Virus genome (UHGV): UHGV-0415709
Length of the DNA stretch: 45,122 bases
Origin: a virus
Direction: 5' to 3' (one strand)
The notes beneath the pieces are model-generated. The model was given only the letters and a program-made list of their open reading frames with translations, did not search any database and was not told the DNA's origin. The position numbers were made by a program, and so were the translations under genes. Below, in pieces: positions 34,238 to 44,285 of this stretch; within the stretch, counting starts at the first letter, position 1, and the number at the start of each line of letters is the position of its first letter.

Positions 34238-34651
34238 TTACACCTCCAACTGACTTAAAATCATTGCATCCACGGTATCTTGCAAGGTCTGCACTGTATC
34301 CCGTATATCCGGCCTACGAAGTTTAGCAACCATAATGGTATCCTTCACTTCATTGGTTTCATAATTTGGCTCTTCCTCGGTGCCGGCATTTACTGTTTCG
34401 TAAGATATAACATAATCTATTTTCTTTTGCATCTCTGCCAGCTGAGTAAACCCGGTTTTCACTTCCATCGGCTGACCGTCCAAACCAAGTATGTAAATTT
34501 TTCCTGTATTTAAAGGACTGAATTCTGATTCTACCGTTTCAAAACTGTCTAGGCCGGGAAGAAACGACAGGGTTAGGTAATCGCCTGATTCTTCCACCCC
34601 GTTTGTTATTAAGTCGTATTTTGTGTTGTTTGATAATTTTAATTGGTTCAT
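34238..34651 (-). CDS. hypothetical protein upstream of endolysin (137 aa, no TM)
   Basis: ATG 34651 with RBS aaaggag (MNQLKLSNN); not holin-like. Confidence 0.4.
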   Translation of the reverse strand: MNQLKLSNNTKYDLITNGVEESGDYLTLSFLPGLDSFETVESEFSPLNTGKIYILGLDGQPMEVKTGFTQLAEMQKKIDYVISYETVNAGTEEEPNYETNEVKDTIMVAKLRRPDIRDTVQTLQDTVDAMILSQLEV

Positions 34652-34702
34652 TTGACTCCTTTCGTGGATATGTTTTTTATATAGCAAAATATCAATTTAG
34701 CA

Positions 34703-35032
34703 ATGGAAAAGGTTGAGGGTACTAAGTGTACGCTATACTATAACAACGTATTTGCGGTATTATCTATTAACGCTACTAATTTAACCTTGGTTGGTGGAAA
34801 TACTACTGGTAGCATAATCGCAAAACTCCCAGCGAACGTAAAAGTGCATATCACATCAAAGTCAACCAGCGTTATGGACGCATCGTGGAGGCCAACAGCA
34901 AACAACGCAAGAATCAATTGTAGTGGAGCGGAATGGGGGGAAGACATTACACTAAGGTCAAGTGTATCTGCTAACACTGCTGTTATATATGAGGAAATAT
35001 TTCTGTCTCAAAATGATTTTGAAGTTAAATAA
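34703..35032 (+). CDS. plus-strand ORF (109 aa) embedded antisense to late operon
   Basis: Non-overlapping ORF between minus-strand genes; AT-rich region; Thr/Ser/Asn-rich. Confidence 0.3.
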   Translation: MEKVEGTKCTLYYNNVFAVLSINATNLTLVGGNTTGSIIAKLPANVKVHITSKSTSVMDASWRPTANNARINCSGAEWGEDITLRSSVSANTAVIYEEIFLSQNDFEVK

Positions 35033-35037
35033 TCATT

Positions 35038-35739
35038 TTAATCAGACACTACTATAAATAATGAAAAATAAGTTTGTCCAAATGTTATTGTAACACTTGT
35101 ATTATCGGCCGCTAGTTTAACAGTCGGAAGTTTGTCTCCAAAGCTATTATTAAATAGAGAGACTATTTCGCCCGAAGGTCGATAACAATAGCCTGCGGTT
35201 TTTACATAATCAAATTTTGCGCAAAACATAATCATATTTTTATTTGGGATAGTTATTTCTGAGGATGACATATACTTATATTTTATTTTATCCAAAGATT
35301 CTAAATTGATATTTGCCGTAGCAATGTCCTCTTTATTTTTTGTGATTGCTTGCTGCATTTTATAGGCTAACGAGGATGACGGAACAGTGTTGTCCGAATT
35401 TGTGTGAACGGTTGAAATAGAAGTCTTTTTAAGCAAATTATTGACAACTTCATTTGTAAGATAATCAACCAAATTTTGCGCAGATACATCCCCGCCTACA
35501 TCTCCAATTACTCCATAAGTATCCTTTGCAACAACATCTCCTAACGCATTGGCACTAAATCCCTGTGCCATTAATATGTAATTTATTTTATCATTATTAG
35601 GTATTATACCTGTAACTGTACGAAGGGTAATGTATGTACTATTTTGGTATAAAACCATTGTAAGTTGTTCGTAAGTGGTGTTAGGATTATATTCGCCACC
35701 ATTTGTTATCATCCATTTCCCCAAATCTGTTGTTGCCAT
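35038..35739 (-). CDS. hypothetical tail-region protein (possible receptor-binding accessory)
   Basis: 233 aa, AT-rich, downstream of fibre genes. Confidence 0.35.
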   Translation of the reverse strand: MATTDLGKWMITNGGEYNPNTTYEQLTMVLYQNSTYITLRTVTGIIPNNDKINYILMAQGFSANALGDVVAKDTYGVIGDVGGDVSAQNLVDYLTNEVVNNLLKKTSISTVHTNSDNTVPSSSLAYKMQQAITKNKEDIATANINLESLDKIKYKYMSSSEITIPNKNMIMFCAKFDYVKTAGYCYRPSGEIVSLFNNSFGDKLPTVKLAADNTSVTITFGQTYFSLFIVVSD

Positions 35740-36512
35740 TATGCCACCTCTACAATTACATGATTATTTGAATCTATCAAAAATGTTACATTTTTTCCTT
35801 GCTTACATATTAAATGACCAGTACCATTATCAAGGAAAAATTCTGGGAATGTCAGTTCAGAAAATGATGCTGCTCTATCAGCTTCTGTTTTTGCTTTTTC
35901 ACTATACCATTTACTATTGTCAATATCTTCATTATCACGGCTTGATGTTCCACCCACCGCCCAACTTTTTGATGCGATATAATATTGTTCCGAAGATGTT
36001 GCCGCGGTTTGCGCATCAAGCATATATTGTCTGATAGTGGTCATGACAGACTGTTCCAACTTTGATAACGTAATTGACCCATCCACAACCTCCGCGGTGA
36101 TTGTTCTGTCACTAATTTTCATGGAGATTGTTGCTGTACTGTCAACAGAATATACAAACCTGGTTAAGTCAATAATCTTTTCTGTCCCATCTGCAAGCTC
36201 AAGTACAAGTTCATTATCATCTGTGATATGAAAATTTACAACGACCTTTTCAATCGCTAAATCATATGTTTTTGTCGTGCCATTTTTTAACTTTACCGTA
36301 AGAATACCAGTATTTACATCCAATGTAACATCCTGTACCATGGTATTCACTTCGGATAACTCTGCTTTATCTTGCGACAGTGATAAAATATGTTGGGCGC
36401 ATTGCAGAATTCCACTATCCATATGTCTGAGATTTCGCTTTCCTAATGGTGTGGATTTATCCGGGAAATTTAGCCACCCTACAATTGTATAGAAAATGCT
36501 ATCCAGTCTCAT
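35739..36512 (-). CDS. hypothetical tail/baseplate-associated protein (257 aa)
   Basis: Located between fibre gene and distal genes; beta-rich composition. Confidence 0.35.
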   Translation of the reverse strand: MRLDSIFYTIVGWLNFPDKSTPLGKRNLRHMDSGILQCAQHILSLSQDKAELSEVNTMVQDVTLDVNTGILTVKLKNGTTKTYDLAIEKVVVNFHITDDNELVLELADGTEKIIDLTRFVYSVDSTATISMKISDRTITAEVVDGSITLSKLEQSVMTTIRQYMLDAQTAATSSEQYYIASKSWAVGGTSSRDNEDIDNSKWYSEKAKTEADRAASFSELTFPEFFLDNGTGHLICKQGKNVTFLIDSNNHVIVEVA

Positions 36513-36677
36513 TGCCGTCTCCTTCCATGCTATCCTTATTTTTTATTCTTCCAGTGTCAATGATATTGGCCGCCATCGAAATAAGCTTGGCATTTTCAAA
36601 GCCAGATACTTGTATGGAGTTGATGCAGTCTGCCAACCTACGCACATCCTCATATTTGAACACTACAATTTTATCCA

Positions 36678-38618
36678 TCATTCTCCCAACCTTTCCAATA
36701 TGTGTTGAACAGCTCCGGTCAGAAACGCAATATAATTTTTGTATTCTATACCATACCTTCTGTGTTCCGAAAAATAGCTTACAAGTTGATAATCAAGGTT
36801 CATTTCATCTGATATTTCCTTGACATCTTGAGCGATGAAACCCGTCCCCCTAATTCCATTATCAATCAACGTGTAAGCGACAGGTTTCAACCTTTTTATT
36901 ACTTCAATACATGTATCTGGAGGTATGTTCTGTATATCCCGCTTTTCTCTCCTGTCAGATATTTGTGTCCATCCACCACCATATACCATACCGGTACAAT
37001 ATATGCTCTGGGTGTTTATTTTTTCAAGAGACCCTATGTCTGCCTCTATTTCTCCATTACAAACTATTCCTCTTTCAGCATATATAATGCCAGTGGCATT
37101 AAATGTAGCTGCTGTAATTTTTGCATTATTAGCCTCAACCGCTCCGCTTAAATTAACGGTGAAATTACCATTTCCAATATTTATGCTACTACTGACAATT
37201 GACGCGCCAGACACAGTACCAGAAAAAGTAGCATTTCCACCACTATCAACAGTCATATTTTTAGCATTAATTGTAAAATGCCCTGTTGTGAGTTCGATGG
37301 CATTCCCTGTCACCTTTAATTCGGAGTTTATTTGTGATGTAACATCCCCCTTTTTCACCATAAGCGAGATTTCATGGGCTGTTTGAGTGAATTTTGATGT
37401 GGTTTCCTGTTCAAGGTTGGTTAATTCATTGGATACTTCCTCAACTGTACGCTTTAAAATTGCAGATAGCCCTTTTACCTGAATGATTTCGCTTTCTATG
37501 TTAAACTTTCTTTCGAGTTCTTGACTTCCCGCGCTAGAGAAATAATCCATTGCACCTTGTATACCTGTCAAATCTCGTTTCATGACAATGGTATTTATAA
37601 TCCCATCCGAAGTCACTATCTTAATTCTGTCTCCCACTTCAATCCATGGTGAACCATTTGTTGATATTTCTGCCGGACAATAAGATATGCTGCTTATCAC
37701 AGATTTTATGTTATTGGCAATCGTAATCATTTGGGATGTGTTTTTTCCATACACAAGCGGATTTCCTTCAATGACATAGACATTATTCCCATCACCTTCA
37801 CTGGTTCCGCCTATGTCCCCATCTTCCTGCTGTATTTTCACCGTGTCAATATCTGGTACATTGTATTCTTCGCTCTCAACGGTCTTATATACGTTGATTT
37901 CTACACTTATATCATCTTTCTTTGGTACAGAAACATATCTTAGTTCACCATTTTTAGTAATATTTCCAAATGTGCCATTGATTTGGCATATATACTTTAA
38001 TACATCCCTCCCATTAAGTGATGATGGTTTAAGTGTCTTTTCTACTTCCATATCATCGTTTATTAATTCCGTGTTTTCTACTTCATTCACTCCAACAAAC
38101 TCACACAAAGAATTTCTAAATGCTTTTAATGTCATCGGAAATGACAGAAGATTATACCACCCCGATACATCCGCATCAAAGCGTTTCATACGGTCATATG
38201 CAATAATTTTTCTGGTATCCTTATCTTCCTGCTTGGGTGTGGAATCAACCGTAAAAAGTCCCAATACAAGTTCATATTCTCCGAACTGTTCAGATACAAG
38301 GAATTCTTTTCCCGCAATGTTTTTTGACAGTCCTGACACAACAATCTCAAACTGCGAGCATTCACATGCGCCAAAGCTTAAATCCTCTTTCGATGACAGA
38401 CTTTCCATTATCTTCATGCTGTCAGACTGTATCATATCATCAGAAATGACGAAATCTATCGAATCAGAATCCATTTCTGATGGGTAAAGCTGTTCTGATG
38501 GAAATAATGTCTCTGATGGGTACAATGCTCTGTAATCATCCTTATAGAACATTAATTTAAGTTTCTTTCCACCATATGAATTATATAAATCCTTGAATTT
38601 CTGTTCTACATCTAACAT
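36678..38618 (-). CDS. tail fibre / tail-associated protein with C-terminal intramolecular chaperone (peptidase S74-like) domain
   Basis: C-terminus ISDRREKRDIQNI...GFIAQDV...YIAFLTGAVQHILERL matches S74 auto-chaperone signature; central Gly/Asn/Thr-rich repeats; immediately downstream of TMP region. Confidence 0.6.
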   Translation of the reverse strand: MLDVEQKFKDLYNSYGGKKLKLMFYKDDYRALYPSETLFPSEQLYPSEMDSDSIDFVISDDMIQSDSMKIMESLSSKEDLSFGACECSQFEIVVSGLSKNIAGKEFLVSEQFGEYELVLGLFTVDSTPKQEDKDTRKIIAYDRMKRFDADVSGWYNLLSFPMTLKAFRNSLCEFVGVNEVENTELINDDMEVEKTLKPSSLNGRDVLKYICQINGTFGNITKNGELRYVSVPKKDDISVEINVYKTVESEEYNVPDIDTVKIQQEDGDIGGTSEGDGNNVYVIEGNPLVYGKNTSQMITIANNIKSVISSISYCPAEISTNGSPWIEVGDRIKIVTSDGIINTIVMKRDLTGIQGAMDYFSSAGSQELERKFNIESEIIQVKGLSAILKRTVEEVSNELTNLEQETTSKFTQTAHEISLMVKKGDVTSQINSELKVTGNAIELTTGHFTINAKNMTVDSGGNATFSGTVSGASIVSSSINIGNGNFTVNLSGAVEANNAKITAATFNATGIIYAERGIVCNGEIEADIGSLEKINTQSIYCTGMVYGGGWTQISDRREKRDIQNIPPDTCIEVIKRLKPVAYTLIDNGIRGTGFIAQDVKEISDEMNLDYQLVSYFSEHRRYGIEYKNYIAFLTGAVQHILERLGE

Positions 38619-38632
38619 ATCAGCACCTACAC

Positions 38633-39055
38633 TTAATACTGAATCATTTCCAGGGTAAATGCCTCATATTGCATATCACCTGTCTCATTGTCATATATAT
38701 GGCTAACTGCATATTCCGTGTCAGGAACATAAAATTCACCCGTTCCATACACACATGTATCTAAGTTCCAATATGTAACTGAATACTTACGCTGCGTTTC
38801 ATCCAAAATTCCGTCTGCCTTTATGCTGTTCCAAAGGTCTTTTTCTCGCTGAGTCAGCGGTCGGATTTCTAGGTTTAATGTTGTTTTATAATTTGGAGAG
38901 GTAACACGTTGAAGAGCCTCCGTGTTATCCCTCCAGGCTTTTTTTTCAATCCTCTGGTCAGGAATTGAGGCATAACGAGTAAGAAAAGAATTGGGAAGCT
39001 GATGACTTCCAAACATAACTAGATATCCCCTGTAATCCTTCTGCATACCGCTCAC
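38633..39055 (-). CDS. tail component downstream of TMP (Dit-like position, short)
   Basis: 140 aa ORF directly after tape-measure gene. Confidence 0.35.
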   Translation of the reverse strand: MSGMQKDYRGYLVMFGSHQLPNSFLTRYASIPDQRIEKKAWRDNTEALQRVTSPNYKTTLNLEIRPLTQREKDLWNSIKADGILDETQRKYSVTYWNLDTCVYGTGEFYVPDTEYAVSHIYDNETGDMQYEAFTLEMIQY

Positions 39056-39058
39056 TCC

Positions 39059-42000
39059 TTACACTAATAGTGGATTGCTCCCTGTTCTGTTCTTCTCCAT
39101 GCGGTTTCTCTTAACTACAGTATCATAGATGGCCTTTCCTTCGAGGTTTACAGTAAGGTGGATATCTCCGCCACCAACTCCGTTTACTTCAAGAATTGCT
39201 TCTTTAAGGGCTTGTTTCATAGTTGACAAGGGAGATACCACTTCCGTCTCCTTTGGGTTATCTCCCAGAATAGCAGCAAACTCTCCTGCCCGTGGTGGAA
39301 CTACGGTTCCTGATGCCAAGCGAGGAAGGTGTACTTCGTCTAATTGAAATCCAAAAGTCTGCCCTCCTATCTTGGGTACCCAATCCGGAATATCAAAACT
39401 CAAAGAATTAATTGAACGAATTACACCATTTATCATTGTTTCAACACTACTAATTACTTTTTCAATAACCCCTTTTACAATTCCAGGAAGAGATTCAAAT
39501 GTTTCCTTAAAACTTTTCTTTACTCCTTCCCATGCACTGTTCCAATCAACAGAAAAAATATATGTAATAAACTGTATGACTGCTCTGGCTGTATCCATAA
39601 AATCATTAAAAATATTACCTATATCTTCAAAGTTAGTCAAAAAAATGCTTGCTAAATCTTCCACAATTGGAGCAATTACAGGGTACATGTTTGATACAAA
39701 CCAATTTACTACGGGCTGTAATATATTTTCCCATACAGCTTTTATTAAGTCAGCTACATCACCTATTAATCCTATTGCATTCTCAATTAAAGGCTGTATT
39801 GTTCCTTCCCATACTTCTGTAAATCTTTTTGATATCTTATCGAGAACCGGAGCAATATATTTATTATATCCATCAAGTAATGATGTCAAAATATCACTTA
39901 ATCCATCTTTGAGTGATTCAAATAAAGGCGCCAAATGTTCATCATACATTCGGTTAAATGCATCAAATGTATTTGCAACACTATTTGCAATTGTTCCCAA
40001 TACTTCTTCAACCGGAGCTAAGGTATTATTAAGTGCATCTTTTATAGCATCTGCATTTTCAGTAAAAGGAGTAAGAATAAGGTTTATAACATCACGAAAC
40101 AGTTTTCCAACAAGTTCATTAATCCCCATAAAAGTATTAGAAAATATACTAATTATGTCTGCTGTAACTTGCTTTGCTGTATCGCTACGAAACACTGTAA
40201 ATATATCAGCTACTGCAACAGCAAAATTGGCCTGTATTGTGCTAATAGAACTTGCTATATCAAACATAGATATTAGGTAAGATTTAATCCGGTCTTTATT
40301 TTGGTTGAGAAACTTGGAAAATCCCCCCAGTATGTTATCTGCGATTGTTAAGCCAACAGATACAAAGGAACCAGCAATTCTTCCAGCATTGTAAACCAGT
40401 GTATCAACCATTTTTTGAAATGCCGCTGTCACACTGTTATCTGTAAAAATATCTAATAGACTACTTTTTATGCTGGAAATACTATCTTTGATGTTATCCA
40501 GAACAGATAAATCACCTATACCTTCAACAAATCCTTTTTTGAATAAATCAGATAATTCAAGCCATTTTTGTTTTATCATATCAATAGCTTGTGTAAGGGA
40601 ATTATCTACCGGGACAGTTTCAAACATTTCTTCTGGTGATAATTCTCCCCCGCTTCCACCACCACCAGAATTATCCTGTGCAACATCCAATTTATCAAAG
40701 GCTGCTAGTGCACCTTCGGTTTCTTTTGCTGCTCCCCCTGTCTTTTCAAGACTTGCAGCGTAGTCCTGCTGTACTTTTGTGGCTTTTACAAAACTATTTT
40801 TTCCGGTTAGTGCAGAAATCAACTGCGCTACTGCTGTTGCTGCCGAAGTCAATAATCCAATAAGATAATTAAGTGCCGGCGCAACTACTGTAAGGATGGG
40901 TGAAAATGCTGTAGCAAATGCATTTTTAAGTTGCGTAAGAGATGACATAAGGCTGGATAGTGTGGAATTAGTTTCGCCGGAATATTGAGCCAGATTGTCC
41001 ATCCCTTCTTTCATAGCTCCCATAATAGAATACAATCCCTGGAATACCACTCCCATCAATAGGCCAGTTCCCATCATTCTTAACAGCCCTGACCTACCTT
41101 TGTTTGATGATTTTGTAGTGTCCTTAACAGTTTTATTGAAGTTATTCTGGGCATCCTCAGTCTTTACCAGACTATTTCTGTATTCATCAAGTTCACCTTT
41201 TAAGCGGTTGATTTCTTTTATATTCTGGTCATATTCCGTATTTCCAAGCCCTACACCAGCTTTTTCAAGGTCTTTTTGCCTATTCGTCAATGCCTCAAGT
41301 TCTTGGCGCATCTTTATCACTTTAGGAGTAGATATTTGAGCACTTTCTCCAATCGACCTCAATCTTGCAGATTCCGCAGCAGCCGCAGCTTCCTTTTGTT
41401 TTGTTTCTTCTAGTTTTTGATTAAGTTGGGCTTGCCTTTCAGCTTGATTTCTGGCTGTTTCGGCTTCTTTTTCTCGTTGAGCATCCGTCTTAAACAATTC
41501 ATTCTTATATTCCGCAAGGGCTTGCTCTGCTCGTTTTAACGATTGAGCGGTAGAATCAAATTCACTATCACCAAACCCTTTACCCTGATTCCTCAACCCT
41601 TCAAGCTTTGCCTTGAGCAGATTAATTTGTCCTTCCATTGTTGAGGTGTCAACCACCATTGGCAACTGAATGGGTTCTTCTTTTTTTGTGAGATTTTTTT
41701 TATATTCTTTTAGTTCTTCCTGAACTTTTATAAGACTTTTATACGCGGAATCAAACGTTTCGTCTCCAAACCCTTTACCCTGTTCCCGAAGTTTCACCAA
41801 TTTATTTGACAAACGCTCTATTTGTCCTTCTAAAGACGAACTATCAAAAGACATTGCATCAGGTGTTGGACTCACCAGTTCTTTCTTGTAGTCCTTTAAG
41901 GCTTGTTGCACTTTCTGCAATTGTAGATATGTATTATCATAATCCTCATCACCAAAATACAATCCTTTGCTTTCCATACTTTTAAGCTGTTTTTTTAGTG

Positions 42001-42208
42001 ATTCTATTTGTTTCCGAAACTCATTGGTTGATGCAGTGGATTGGTTAAGACCCTTTTCATAATCATCAATAAATTTGAGAATCTCCTTATTAGCATTTTT
42101 TAGTGCTAATGCCATTCGATCCACACCGTCTTGTATGTCTTTCGCTCCAGCAGTAATTCCATCGGAGTTAATTTTTGTGTCAATGATTATACTTCCATCG
42201 GCCGCCAT
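39059..42208 (-). CDS. tail tape measure protein
   Basis: 1049 aa; N-terminal coiled-coil with three ~50-aa tandem repeats (KGLYFGDEDYDNTY / KGFGDETFDSAY / KGFGDSEFDSTA), hydrophobic central segment, Gly-rich GGGGSGG tract. Confidence 0.85.
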   Translation of the reverse strand: MAADGSIIIDTKINSDGITAGAKDIQDGVDRMALALKNANKEILKFIDDYEKGLNQSTASTNEFRKQIESLKKQLKSMESKGLYFGDEDYDNTYLQLQKVQQALKDYKKELVSPTPDAMSFDSSSLEGQIERLSNKLVKLREQGKGFGDETFDSAYKSLIKVQEELKEYKKNLTKKEEPIQLPMVVDTSTMEGQINLLKAKLEGLRNQGKGFGDSEFDSTAQSLKRAEQALAEYKNELFKTDAQREKEAETARNQAERQAQLNQKLEETKQKEAAAAAESARLRSIGESAQISTPKVIKMRQELEALTNRQKDLEKAGVGLGNTEYDQNIKEINRLKGELDEYRNSLVKTEDAQNNFNKTVKDTTKSSNKGRSGLLRMMGTGLLMGVVFQGLYSIMGAMKEGMDNLAQYSGETNSTLSSLMSSLTQLKNAFATAFSPILTVVAPALNYLIGLLTSAATAVAQLISALTGKNSFVKATKVQQDYAASLEKTGGAAKETEGALAAFDKLDVAQDNSGGGGSGGELSPEEMFETVPVDNSLTQAIDMIKQKWLELSDLFKKGFVEGIGDLSVLDNIKDSISSIKSSLLDIFTDNSVTAAFQKMVDTLVYNAGRIAGSFVSVGLTIADNILGGFSKFLNQNKDRIKSYLISMFDIASSISTIQANFAVAVADIFTVFRSDTAKQVTADIISIFSNTFMGINELVGKLFRDVINLILTPFTENADAIKDALNNTLAPVEEVLGTIANSVANTFDAFNRMYDEHLAPLFESLKDGLSDILTSLLDGYNKYIAPVLDKISKRFTEVWEGTIQPLIENAIGLIGDVADLIKAVWENILQPVVNWFVSNMYPVIAPIVEDLASIFLTNFEDIGNIFNDFMDTARAVIQFITYIFSVDWNSAWEGVKKSFKETFESLPGIVKGVIEKVISSVETMINGVIRSINSLSFDIPDWVPKIGGQTFGFQLDEVHLPRLASGTVVPPRAGEFAAILGDNPKETEVVSPLSTMKQALKEAILEVNGVGGGDIHLTVNLEGKAIYDTVVKRNRMEKNRTGSNPLLV

Positions 42209-42220
42209 TCCATCACCGCC

Positions 42221-42775
42221 TTATAGCCATTTTTCGATACTGTTAATTTCTTTTTGTTGTTTCTCGCTGTATATCTTCTTAAGCTTTACCAATTCTGGAT
42301 TGCTTCGTTCAAATTCCTTTTCCCACTTTTCTAGTTTTTTTCCTCTGGCTCGTTTCTGCCGGATTGCCCACACCTGAGATACAAGTCCATCTCCAATTTC
42401 CATGAAATACCCCATGAATGTCCACCAGTGCAGGTATGGCACAGACCTTACCTCCATCCCAGCAATCTTATTGACTGCCGGGATAATAATAGGAGCATCC
42501 TGTTCCCAGTCCATGGTTTTGGGCTGTGGTTTGCCAGGAGGCAGGTTGTAATCAATGAAATCAACTGCCTTTTGGCATGCCTCTGACTTGGCTTCTGGTG
42601 GAATGTCTTGATAGTCCGGGTACATGATTCGGAACATTATTTCCTGTTTCTCCCATTCATTGAGTTCCGGGTCAGACATATCAATCAAAATATCAATAAT
42701 CACTCTAAAATCGCTTTCAATAGCATAGTCTTTTCCTGCAACCTTAAGTGACTTCGGCAAATCGTATGTATTCAT
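42221..42775 (-). CDS. Gp15-like tail protein / tail assembly chaperone
   Basis: Position immediately upstream of TMP; 4-nt overlap with preceding chaperone gene. Confidence 0.45.
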   Translation of the reverse strand: MNTYDLPKSLKVAGKDYAIESDFRVIIDILIDMSDPELNEWEKQEIMFRIMYPDYQDIPPEAKSEACQKAVDFIDYNLPPGKPQPKTMDWEQDAPIIIPAVNKIAGMEVRSVPYLHWWTFMGYFMEIGDGLVSQVWAIRQKRARGKKLEKWEKEFERSNPELVKLKKIYSEKQQKEINSIEKWL

Positions 42776-43173
42776 CGGCCATATTTCTCGGTGTATTTCT
42801 TAATCCGGGATTCACTTTTCTTAATTCTGGTTTTCATTTCAGATTCAATAAACTTAACCAATGTATCAAGCACATATTCCGCGTAGAAGGTTCCGTCCGA
42901 ACGTGGGGAAAGTGGGTTGCAATGCTTGAATAATTCTTCTGAGGCGTTATCTGAGCCAAGAAGATAGTTAAATTGCTTCTTAATTTCATCAGATATAGCA
43001 AAGAAATCTGCTTCTTTATCAACTTCTATACCATTAAAATAGTTGAGTACATTCTCACAACGCTTGGCAATATCTAAATCAGATGGATTCCACCAAAATC
43101 CCCCCGTCACTTCCTTTCCCGAATTTACAATCTCAATCCATTCCCTGTCGTTAAGGGTAATCTGTCTTGCCAT
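42772..43173 (-). CDS. tail assembly chaperone (gpG-like)
   Basis: 133 aa acidic protein between major tail and TMP-proximal gene. Confidence 0.5.
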   Translation of the reverse strand: MARQITLNDREWIEIVNSGKEVTGGFWWNPSDLDIAKRCENVLNYFNGIEVDKEADFFAISDEIKKQFNYLLGSDNASEELFKHCNPLSPRSDGTFYAEYVLDTLVKFIESEMKTRIKKSESRIKKYTEKYGR

Positions 43174-43183
43174 AATTCCTCCA

Positions 43184-43705
43184 TTAATCGCTCAGACTAG
43201 CGCTAGAAGCTGTGGTGAACTTCTTTGTCTCAACATTCCATGTACCTTTAATGCGATTTCCAGCCTTGTATACTGTAAATGGTGTCTGAATGCCGGATGT
43301 ATCACCGCCTACACTATTGGGAATAACATATACATCTTCACGGTATGCCCATACTACCGTTGGTGGAGCACCTTCCGGGTCATCCGCATCTGGTTTAAGC
43401 AACACATCAACCATGCTTGTTTTACATTTGTCTCCTGTCGCTCTTGTATTGGCCAATGCCATAATCTTGTTTGACAAGGTATCATCATAATTTTCGTAAT
43501 AGTAAGGGTCTACATCGGACTGCACTTCATATCCACTATGCTGCACAGACTGCTCCCCAAGTATATTTTTGGTTATATTTACATCTGGATTTAACTCTTC
43601 ACTGTATTCTTCCAGATTTTTTCCCAGCCTTGCATATTCTGTTGCTGCATAAGTAGTATCAAAAGCAGCATCTAAATAATGCGCAAGGTATTTACGTTCA
43701 ACCAT
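43184..43705 (-). CDS. major tail protein
   Basis: 173 aa, preceded by terminator plus strong RBS (ggagat), order MTP-chaperones-TMP. Confidence 0.55.
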   Translation of the reverse strand: MVERKYLAHYLDAAFDTTYAATEYARLGKNLEEYSEELNPDVNITKNILGEQSVQHSGYEVQSDVDPYYYENYDDTLSNKIMALANTRATGDKCKTSMVDVLLKPDADDPEGAPPTVVWAYREDVYVIPNSVGGDTSGIQTPFTVYKAGNRIKGTWNVETKKFTTASSASLSD

Positions 43706-43715
43706 TATTTATCTC

Positions 43716-43771
43716 CTTTCAAATAAAAATAGAGCCATCACACAAGGCTCTGCGTCTTAGCGTCTGGCTCT
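43716..43771 (-). terminator. rho-independent terminator upstream of major tail gene sharing motif with 2962-3030 element
   Basis: agagcc(43731-43736)-loop-ggctct(43746-43751) then gcgtcttagcgtctggctct; on minus strand followed by UAUUUUUAUUUG. Confidence 0.45.
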
Positions 43772-44285
43772 ACCATCTTTCAAAATCATATTTATATTCT
43801 ATTGATACAGGAAGTATCCGGTCCTGCACGCCACTTTCCTGCGGTTCCAGTCCGTATGAGTTATCACGGGTAACTTTGGTTATCTTTCTTCCCTGAGATA
43901 ATGTGGGATATTTTGATAATCGTTGCTCACTCCCATCAATCACAACCGGCTCACGACATAGCCACTTCCCGAACGTATCAAGAAATTCCTGTATGCTCAT
44001 CTTCTGCCGCTCTTTTGTGGAGGATGTACGGTATATAATATAGAAGGGATACTGGCAGGTCTGTCGCACTCCGCCCAGTACATCCTCAGTCTCAGAAAAG
44101 ATTAAGGCTCCATTATCTGCCGAAAATGCAATCCCACTATCCTCACCCAATTCTTCAAATTTAACAGTTTCATTTTCATACAAGCCAGGGAATTGATTGA
44201 GCAAAGCCTTTACAGCGATTGTCAGCACATCATATCCGCTTGCGTCTTTTCCTATTGGTTTTCGTTCATCACCCACGCTTTCCAC
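43770..44285 (-). CDS. head-tail joining / tail terminator-position protein (171 aa)
   Basis: Position upstream of major tail gene. Confidence 0.35.
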   Translation of the reverse strand: MESVGDERKPIGKDASGYDVLTIAVKALLNQFPGLYENETVKFEELGEDSGIAFSADNGALIFSETEDVLGGVRQTCQYPFYIIYRTSSTKERQKMSIQEFLDTFGKWLCREPVVIDGSEQRLSKYPTLSQGRKITKVTRDNSYGLEPQESGVQDRILPVSIEYKYDFERW

